DNA of 49,666 nucleotides from a virus. A program made the position numbers and the translations under genes. The stretch lies in the IMG/VR virus record IMGVR_UViG_3300045988_171666; one strand, written 5' to 3'. Shown piece after piece: positions 44,501 through 49,666 of the stretch; position 1 is the stretch's first letter, and each line of letters starts with the position of its first letter. A model generated the notes under the pieces. That model saw only the letters and a list, made by a program, of their open reading frames with translations. It was not told the origin of the DNA and did not search any database.

Positions 44501-45494
44501 GAAGAACGGCACGGACGTTCATGCCCTCGGCCAGCATGATATCCATGTTCCGGACGGAGGCTTTCATGCCGGCTGCGTCTCCATCATAAACAGCGGTGAC
44601 GTTTCGGGTAAATTTCTTGATGATCCGGACTTGATCTAGTGTAAGGGCGGTACCGCTACCGCAGACCGTATTGGGATAACCGGATTGAACGAAAGAGAGT
44701 ACATCAAATTGACCTTCCACCAAATAGCATTTATCGGATTTCGATATCTCTTGGCGAGCTTGGTATATACCGAATAACGTCTTTCCCTTATGAAAAAGGG
44801 GAGTCTCCGGAGAGTTTAGATATTTACATTGGGTATCCTTATCCAAGGAACGGCCCGTGAAACCGATCACTAGTCCTGATAAGGAATAAAACGGGAATGT
44901 GATCCTATTTACAAATCGATCGAAGATCTTTCCGTCCTCTTTCCTTGTAATCAAACCGGCCTTCTCCATAGCCGCCATGTCATAACCTTTTTGAGAGCCT
45001 AACTCGGTCAATGCGGTAAACATGGATGAAGAGTACCCCGCTCCATATTTAGACAGGATATTCGGGGTGATTCCTCGTGTTTCCAGATATTCAGCGGCCT
45101 CTTTCTTCTTGAGGAAAGCCGTAAACGTTTCTTGGGCGAATGTGAGGCAGATTTGTAGGGCCTCCCGCTCTTTCGTTTTCTTCCGTTCATCGTCGGTTAG
45201 TTCCCGTTCGGGCACTGTTATGTTGTATTTCGAGGCGACTAGCTTTACCGCCTCGAAGAAAGATATCCCTTCGTGCTCTTTTACGAAGGTTATCACGTTC
45301 CCGCCTTTACCACATCCAAAACATTTCCAGATATTCTTAGCGGGGGATACGACTAGGCTTGCGTCCTTGTCCCCATGGAATGGGCAAACTCCCTTGTAAT
45401 TTACTCCAGCTTTTTTTAGCTTAACATAATCACCTATCACGTCTACTATATTGGCCGTGTTGATGATATTATCGATCACGTCTTGAGGTATCAT
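41526..45494 (-). CDS. DNA primase (zf-CHC2 + TOPRIM) fused to a P-loop NTPase/helicase-like domain
   Basis: 1322 aa. CPFHGDKDASLVVSPAKNIWKCFGCGKGGNVITF (CHC2 zinc finger). YLVEGQFDVLS and VYDGDAAGMKA (TOPRIM). FFIGPTGSGKSQ (Walker A) and PIMLEEYND (Walker B-like). Confidence 0.85.
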   Translation of the reverse strand: MIPQDVIDNIINTANIVDVIGDYVKLKKAGVNYKGVCPFHGDKDASLVVSPAKNIWKCFGCGKGGNVITFVKEHEGISFFEAVKLVASKYNITVPERELTDDERKKTKEREALQICLTFAQETFTAFLKKKEAAEYLETRGITPNILSKYGAGYSSSMFTALTELGSQKGYDMAAMEKAGLITRKEDGKIFDRFVNRITFPFYSLSGLVIGFTGRSLDKDTQCKYLNSPETPLFHKGKTLFGIYQARQEISKSDKCYLVEGQFDVLSFVQSGYPNTVCGSGTALTLDQVRIIKKFTRNVTAVYDGDAAGMKASVRNMDIMLAEGMNVRAVLLPEGEDPDSFARKMGTEKLAKFLKKQETDFISFIYKAFESEMDDPIRKTEVLRIIAQSISVVPDKLQRQAYIVSLAERFNADGELITNLVAELQAVGKKSVLAQPTQPGLTGVEEAEELVKTGNKQVTLTWSINRFSEGWGVCPVILITGIPGVSEVQELRRLSPIIRCRDKFEVKENMIEPEELSFLRSLTRTGFTVSMSKYKRERESYVDEKGEERYKLVDTEKEIGFNEYYIGLYSTFRESPENIKKIALERCSEVISYADATTRAFQTTDYARMLGVTKTALEHVLKPYLEIRKSEVKFNNDALQIDGTALIFDPNRLPDYVEKDPEINRMWKAYKYFPLIDSSGRKVAYMFSNGKNSYIRVGNFYMEPLIHIYDKESQFNKRVVQITSPCYNYPIYMEWISGDMITLQTFKKRIWEEGAFFFSNGTQNHLDSISESIAARFKTCFELRMFGWYDEGFFAFSNAIVHEIDGKQELQYVTDLGLVEHNKKYYYIPAFSKIYASERRDSDRYYLDRFIKYREPKAGCSINFQKWASLMNEVYKLNNNGMWAIIYSIMSAFRSDIYNVRRTFTALFFIGPTGSGKSQVGYSIRSLSMSPDAPAFNLNSGTPAALFSWLERYRNIPIMLEEYNDTQINPVIFQALKSAVYDGEGKQKRKDAVSKEIDSSQVNAALVIMGQESPQQDDNSLANRCIICEVPKRDDRSELEEEIFNELKGYEESGLHSVLLEILACRNSILQHYKKVYDEVFKSLKDEVRVSVKNTDGLSRILETVSMFVSVCRIVEEHTSLQLPFTAEQFFEIAIAKVIKQVESISSSNKMFNFFSILNFLIDTGSLVQGRDYKIEVPGKVTIKKQGRDTEIKTLEPIDTRVLYLNMTNIYPMYTQQLKGEAFSLQSLNTYFESNEAYIGKVRSTRYRWQEVKEVPKGDILANPAGEPTIDNSMKRIMVNKESNTSAVCFNYDILRDLLDVDFERDVQNYDQTPETEPGFRF

Positions 45495-45895
45495 ATTTCA
45501 TCTTCTTTATTGTCGTTAAATAAATATAGTTGTCGGGCTTCGAAGGCCTCTTGTAAGGATACGCCTAGAGTTGTGGCTAGACGTAAATACTCTTGATCTG
45601 TGGGGCTTTCCTCTCCTCGGTATAATTTCCAAAACCGTACTTGGTTGATATTTACCGCATGCAGGAAAGCTGTTGTTACATTGAAATATTCCGGATTGAC
45701 CAATTTAATCCGGAACAATTCTAGCACAAGGTTCCGTTTTACGGAAGGACGGTAAACGATATGGTTCCTATGGATATATAGTTTAACGGCTAACTCGGTC
45801 TTTCCTAGAATCTTCCCTATTTCCTTGAGAGTTATCTTCCCCAGATTCTCCTTCAATATTTTTTCTTGGCTTTCTGACCAGCGTTGTCTTTTCAT
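45491..45895 (-). CDS. Putative HTH DNA-binding protein
   Basis: 134 aa. The N-terminus WSESQEKILKENLGKITLKEIGKILGKTELAVKLYIHRN is helix-turn-helix-like. 4-nt overlap with the primase start. Confidence 0.5.
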   Translation of the reverse strand: MKRQRWSESQEKILKENLGKITLKEIGKILGKTELAVKLYIHRNHIVYRPSVKRNLVLELFRIKLVNPEYFNVTTAFLHAVNINQVRFWKLYRGEESPTDQEYLRLATTLGVSLQEAFEARQLYLFNDNKEDEI

Positions 45896-46157
45896 GTCGT
45901 CTTATGAATTTATAATCTTGACTAAAATCATAGTCATAGTTTCCTTCTTGAATGAACATACAGACTATTTTTATAAAGAGTTCTCTGTTTTCCTCCTTAA
46001 CCGTAGCCTCGAGAGAGAATGAACAATCTACTTTCATATTTAGAAGTTCATTATATACGCCGTTCACATACTCCCGGAATTGATCTACTCCCATTTTCTC
46101 TTTATAGATGGCGATCCAGTTCCAATCTGTCATTCGATACCGGGCGTAACTATCCAT
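45783..46157 (-). CDS. Hypothetical early protein
   Basis: 124-aa ORF. Its last 113 nt overlap the next ORF in another frame. Confidence 0.4.
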   Translation of the reverse strand: MDSYARYRMTDWNWIAIYKEKMGVDQFREYVNGVYNELLNMKVDCSFSLEATVKEENRELFIKIVCMFIQEGNYDYDFSQDYKFIRRHEKTTLVRKPRKNIEGESGEDNSQGNREDSRKDRVSR

Positions 46158-46338
46158 CGATTACCTCAATATTGTCAAAATCTGCAGTGTCAAAATCCAA
46201 TGGTTCTCCAAAAAGAGGATTATCGGAGGTGACGCACGCTCCCGGAACATATAGGTTTAGTTCCAGCCATTTCAAAAAATCCTCCCGGTCGCAATTAACG
46301 GGAGGGCATTCTACTTCGTATATGATTCTAGCTTTCAT
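46150..46338 (-). CDS. Hypothetical early protein
   Basis: 62-aa ORF with 4-8-nt overlaps to its neighbours. Confidence 0.4.
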   Translation of the reverse strand: MKARIIYEVECPPVNCDREDFLKWLELNLYVPGACVTSDNPLFGEPLDFDTADFDNIEVIDG

Positions 46339-46541
46339 TGTATATTCTTTTCTAATTGTCTTTTCATGTCCATTACGATCCTATCGACACTTGATCTTTG
46401 ATCGATAGGTTTCGTTGCCAAGTAAATACATAAGCAATCATCTAGGATGACAGCTTCTTCCTGTGAGATATCCTGAATGATGATCTTGCCGTTTGAATCC
46501 GTTTCGATATACATGATCATTCCTCCTTTCTCTGTGCCCAT
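46335..46541 (-). CDS. Hypothetical early protein
   Basis: 68-aa ORF in the packed early array. Confidence 0.4.
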   Translation of the reverse strand: MGTEKGGMIMYIETDSNGKIIIQDISQEEAVILDDCLCIYLATKPIDQRSSVDRIVMDMKRQLEKNIQ

Positions 46542-46891
46542 ATGTTGTCCATCTTGGCTAACTTATTTTGCATGTAGCTGCGAAGTAAAGTGGAACATTC
46601 TTCTGTATAGTCCGCAAATTTGCAAGCGAACTGGTATTCACATGTCCGATCAACATCACGAACGAATTTGCCGGCATGATTGATTATGGCTTTTATGTGC
46701 ATCTTATCGGACTGGATAAATTGCTCGTCCTGCATTAATAGCTCTTGGATCTCCATAGCGGAGTTCTCTAGGATATCTGCCGCTATGAACATCATCCAAA
46801 TCGGTAAAGCGTATTCCTGCGGAGTAGTATGCGCCAACTTTTTTCTTTTGGCGGTGGCTACAGCCATCGCTAAATAATTCTTGTCATTCAT
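46517..46891 (-). CDS. Hypothetical early protein
   Basis: 124-aa ORF in the packed early array. Confidence 0.45.
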   Translation of the reverse strand: MNDKNYLAMAVATAKRKKLAHTTPQEYALPIWMMFIAADILENSAMEIQELLMQDEQFIQSDKMHIKAIINHAGKFVRDVDRTCEYQFACKFADYTEECSTLLRSYMQNKLAKMDNIWAQRKEE

Positions 46892-47090
46892 CTTTTTTCT
46901 TTCCTCCTAAAATTTCCATGGCATGATTACACATCTTGATGGCCAGATATTGGAATAGCTTGGGAGATTTGTTTTTTGCGGGAGGTAAAAAATTCACATT
47001 CAATTTAACCACATCCCCATGTTGCGTGATGGTAATCACTGCCTTTGCTTGCTTGATAGCCTTGTAGGTCTTTTTATTCAATCGTTTCAT
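46884..47090 (-). CDS. Hypothetical early protein
   Basis: 68-aa ORF in the packed early array. Confidence 0.4.
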   Translation of the reverse strand: MKRLNKKTYKAIKQAKAVITITQHGDVVKLNVNFLPPAKNKSPKLFQYLAIKMCNHAMEILGGKKKDE

Positions 47091-47100
47091 ATTTCTTTAG

Positions 47101-47358
47101 TTATGTAGTGTATACCATGAAATCTGATGGATCAGCAAACATTGATGCCCTTTTTTCTTGCCAATCTATAGTTACTACTATCCACTCTGAAGGAATATTC
47201 ATATAGTCGAGTCCAATATATTTAGTAACCCAATATATAGATATACACCCAGATTCATGTTGTACAATCTCAAGATCCTCTGGCTCACATTTTAAACGGC
47301 ATCGAATTTCACTCTTGAGATCCTCTAATTTTTCTTTTGCTTGTTCCAATGTTATCAT
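47101..47358 (-). CDS. Hypothetical early protein
   Basis: 85-aa ORF in the packed early array. Confidence 0.4.
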   Translation of the reverse strand: MITLEQAKEKLEDLKSEIRCRLKCEPEDLEIVQHESGCISIYWVTKYIGLDYMNIPSEWIVVTIDWQEKRASMFADPSDFMVYTT

Positions 47359-47380
47359 ATTCAGTATATTTTTTAGGTTA

Positions 47381-47728
47381 TTACAGAGAGTCTATCTGAC
47401 TTGAATGTTTACGATTAATCTTTTGAAGAAAATCTTTACGACACTTCTCAGGATCAGCGGTGTAGGGGATGAGAATAACCGTTCGACAATCTATCCGGAG
47501 AGGAATCTTTCCTTCATCGTTACCGTTTGGTACGATAGGAGTTGGATTCTTCCCCATATCAGCCTTCGGTTTAATTACGGGAGGAGGAAGTTGTTTTTTT
47601 AATCCTAATTCTTTTACCAGCGCATACACTTTCTCCGGGCGTATGCCTAACATCTTGGCCATAAATTGACCGGTCAGTTTTTTGTAATTGGTACGAATGT
47701 ACTCCTTTTGTTCTTCTAATGTTGCCAT
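47381..47728 (-). CDS. Hypothetical early protein with an HTH-like N-terminus
   Basis: 115 aa, with KKLTGQFMAKMLGIRPEKVYALVKELGL. Confidence 0.45.
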   Translation of the reverse strand: MATLEEQKEYIRTNYKKLTGQFMAKMLGIRPEKVYALVKELGLKKQLPPPVIKPKADMGKNPTPIVPNGNDEGKIPLRIDCRTVILIPYTADPEKCRKDFLQKINRKHSSQIDSL

Positions 47729-47737
47729 GGTATTGAT

Positions 47738-48322
47738 TTATTTTAAGTTATGTGTATGCCAATAGTCTACCAGATCTGCGATTGTCCGTGTAGAAGTTTT
47801 TTCGTGTATATTCCGGATATGATTTGCTACGGTATGCGGGCTGATATGGAGCAACTGTGCGATATCATCCACCTTATATCTTTCGATCACCAAACGGAGC
47901 ACGTTTGTTTCCCTGAACGACAAGGTCGTGTTAAATTCGGGTTTGCAAACAATCCCGGCAAATGGGCATTCATTTCGTATCGGACATTTTACTTCCTCAA
48001 AATGGAATCGTCCCCACACATCTATATCCGGGTTGTTTGCGTCATATTCGCCGAAATTACACCGGATAAAACGAGAAACGATCCAATACTCATAATTGAG
48101 TCGATTCGGTTCTTTTCTTGAATATAACAGGCTCAACGCTTCCCATGCTTTGGTATAAAAAGTCACCAGATGGGAGATAAAAGCAGAGATAAATACCCTG
48201 TTCTCCTTTCCTGTTTCGGCCAAAACCCTAACAGGGTCTCCCTTTGGCTTGATCATAACCTCGCAATCCGGGGTGTTATAGAACTCTATTTCTTGAAAGC
48301 GATTCATGTCTTTTATTTTCAC
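47738..48322 (-). CDS. LuxR/GerE-type HTH transcriptional regulator
   Basis: 194 aa. The C-terminus LSFRETNVLRLVIERYKVDDIAQLLHISPHTVANHIRNIHEKT is the LuxR-type HTH signature. Confidence 0.7.
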   Translation of the reverse strand: MKIKDMNRFQEIEFYNTPDCEVMIKPKGDPVRVLAETGKENRVFISAFISHLVTFYTKAWEALSLLYSRKEPNRLNYEYWIVSRFIRCNFGEYDANNPDIDVWGRFHFEEVKCPIRNECPFAGIVCKPEFNTTLSFRETNVLRLVIERYKVDDIAQLLHISPHTVANHIRNIHEKTSTRTIADLVDYWHTHNLK

Positions 48323-48558
48323 ATATCGTTAAATTCCCTAATACTTATGAGCCTACCGTCTTTTAGACTGAGCATTAAAACATATTCCGCCGTTGAAGTT
48401 TTTTCTCCTGTATTATCGTAATAGGAAAAGCCAGAACTCTCGTTCAAGCGACGTAATAACTCTGGGTTATTATTGATTTCAATCAAATGTCCTTTTACGG
48501 ATTCAATGAAAGCCAAGGCTTTCTCCACAGATCCTTTTGAAATTTCTTTTGTGCTCAT
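48319..48558 (-). CDS. Hypothetical early protein
   Basis: 79-aa ORF, 4-nt overlap with the LuxR-type gene. Confidence 0.4.
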   Translation of the reverse strand: MSTKEISKGSVEKALAFIESVKGHLIEINNNPELLRRLNESSGFSYYDNTGEKTSTAEYVLMLSLKDGRLISIREFNDM

Positions 48559-48562
48559 GATT

Positions 48563-48772
48563 TTACCATTTAAAAGTTGTTTGACATATTGTTTCTAAAG
48601 CTCTTCTTTCCAAAAGAGAATAGTTTTCCCGTGTTAGTTTTGAATAGAAAGTTGGATATGAGATACCGCTTGCTACTAAGAACTGATCTCTAACAGCTTT
48701 CTTCCTTTCTTCATCCAAGGACTGGTAATAGTCTTTAAATGTCATTTTTTCAATCTTTTCTGCATTTTCCAT
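48563..48772 (-). CDS. Cro-like small regulator candidate
   Basis: 69 aa, first gene of the early leftward operon, divergent from the cI-like gene. Has an HTH-like stretch (LVASGISYPTFYSKLTREN). Confidence 0.5.
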   Translation of the reverse strand: MENAEKIEKMTFKDYYQSLDEERKKAVRDQFLVASGISYPTFYSKLTRENYSLLERRALETICQTTFKW

Positions 48773-48818
48773 ACGTAAAACATATTTTAGTGTTATATTT
48801 ATAATGCAAACGTAAACT

Positions 48819-48861
48819 AAACTTTGATATTATACAAAGTTTTATGTGATATTTGTCACAT
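48819..48861. promoter_or_regulatory. Two adjacent palindromes in the divergent switch region (operator candidates)
   Basis: aaactttg (48819-48826) pairs with caaagttt (48835-48842). atgtga (48844-48849) pairs with tcacat (48856-48861). Confidence 0.5.
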
Positions 48862-48900
48862 GATTATATATGTTTAACAATGTTTACAAATAATACTTGA

Positions 48901-49278
48901 ATGTTTATACCAAGTAAAATAGAACAGCTTATTATTGATAACAAATTGACAAAGAAGTCTTTTTGTGAAAAAGTATCCATATCTGTACAAGGATTGGACA
49001 ATATTTTGAAAGGAGCAGATCTTGGTTCAAGTAAACTTGAACGAATAGCAGATTTTTTCAAATTACCCATTGATTACTTTTTCGATAGAGACATAAATGT
49101 AGATAACTCAATCGGTCATCATGTAAATGGAAATGGGAATAAGGTTTCTGGAGATATTACTCTAAGTGAATGTAAAAATGAACTTGAGAAGCTCAGATTA
49201 CTCATTAAGGAGAAGGAAGAGCGTATAAAAGATAAAGATGAAATGATTGCACTTTTAAAACAACAACTAAATAAGTAG
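48901..49278 (+). CDS. cI-like repressor (XRE-family HTH with a coiled-coil tail)
   Basis: 125 aa. IEQLIIDNKLTKKSFCEKVSISVQGLDNILKGADLGSSKLERIADFFKLPIDYFF is an XRE-type HTH. The C-terminus is coiled-coil (ELEKLRLLIKEKEERIKDKDEMIALLKQQL). Confidence 0.75.
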   Translation: MFIPSKIEQLIIDNKLTKKSFCEKVSISVQGLDNILKGADLGSSKLERIADFFKLPIDYFFDRDINVDNSIGHHVNGNGNKVSGDITLSECKNELEKLRLLIKEKEERIKDKDEMIALLKQQLNK

Positions 49279-49282
49279 TATT

Positions 49283-49513
49283 ATGGAAGAAAAAAAGGTT
49301 ATTCACAGTAATGAGTATCACTTGCTAAGGCAATCAGATATTCAAAAAGAAATGAAACAGGTGGTGGAAAACTTGCACATGGCTGCTGGATCTGTAGGGG
49401 GATTTGATCTCTATAAAGTCGTACAGACTTACATGCTTGATCTAGAAAAACGGCATGCAATTAATGAGCTTCTTCATATTCCGGAAGATGTTTCTTTTTA
49501 TTATGAGAAGTAA
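49283..49513 (+). CDS. Hypothetical protein co-transcribed with the repressor
   Basis: 76-aa ORF starting 4 nt after the cI-like stop. Confidence 0.45.
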   Translation: MEEKKVIHSNEYHLLRQSDIQKEMKQVVENLHMAAGSVGGFDLYKVVQTYMLDLEKRHAINELLHIPEDVSFYYEK

Positions 49514-49521
49514 TTTGTACC

Positions 49522-49538
49522 GGGACTATTTTAGGACA
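49522..49538 (+). promoter_or_regulatory. Two further GGGAC-type repeats on the other side of the junction
   Basis: GGGACT at 49522-49527 and AGGACA at 49533-49538, in the same orientation as the four copies at 74-139. Confidence 0.3.
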
Positions 49539-49612
49539 AAATAGTATTATAGTGATATTTGTAATATTTTGATAAACAGATAAATATATGCTAAGCGTTT
49601 ACACAAAAGGGT

Positions 49613-49666
49613 CTTGGTACCCCGACTTAGAAAAAGGGAAATGGTTGGTATTCAACTGTTTCCCTT
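49613..49666 (+). repeat. Terminal direct repeat, right copy
   Basis: Identical to 1-54. Confidence 0.95.

Larger units (their letters stand above)
1..49666. mobile_element. Complete temperate tailed-phage / prophage genome (siphovirus-like, Bacteroidales-type)
   Basis: Integrase, cI/Cro-like switch, primase-helicase, terminase, portal candidate, S49 protease, capsid, tape measure, fibre and lysis cassette are all present. The two window ends are identical over 54 nt. Confidence 0.85.

Overview
The window is a complete, self-closing genome (about 49.6 kb) of a temperate, siphovirus-like phage or prophage of Bacteroidales type. Nucleotides 1-54 are identical to 49613-49666. Almost all genes are on the minus strand. 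Reading down in coordinate, they run: a cI/Cro-like switch and early genes (49.5-45.5 kb); a primase-helicase with an iteron origin candidate (45.5-41.0 kb); S49 protease, scaffold and capsid (40-37 kb); small and large terminase (35.6-33.3 kb); accessory island 2 (33.2-29.8 kb); a lysis cassette (29.8-28.3 kb); a portal candidate and virion genes (28.0-24.9 kb); AT-rich accessory island 1 (24.85-19.42 kb); tape measure, two large tail proteins and a 2033-aa fibre (19.4-1.8 kb); and a plus-strand tyrosine integrase beside the repeat junction. The Bacteroidales assignment is an inference from TTTG/TAnnTTTG-type promoters, HU_HIG-, DUF4248-, DUF5053- and DUF4468-like proteins, and BspA-type LRRs. 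The most interesting region is island 1. It holds an operon closed by an intrinsic terminator, in which small membrane and helical proteins precede a GHKL ATPase/kinase plus STAS-like (DUF4325-type) pair. I cannot match this pair to any named defence system. The operon leader shows mutually exclusive RNA pairings, and part of the operon is duplicated 9,017 bp away. Other notable items are a promoter module repeated five times, a solo trypco2-like gene, an 81-bp tandem LRR array in a fibre with a CotH-like domain, and a u-spanin-like lysis protein. All family assignments come from reading motifs by eye; no searches were run.
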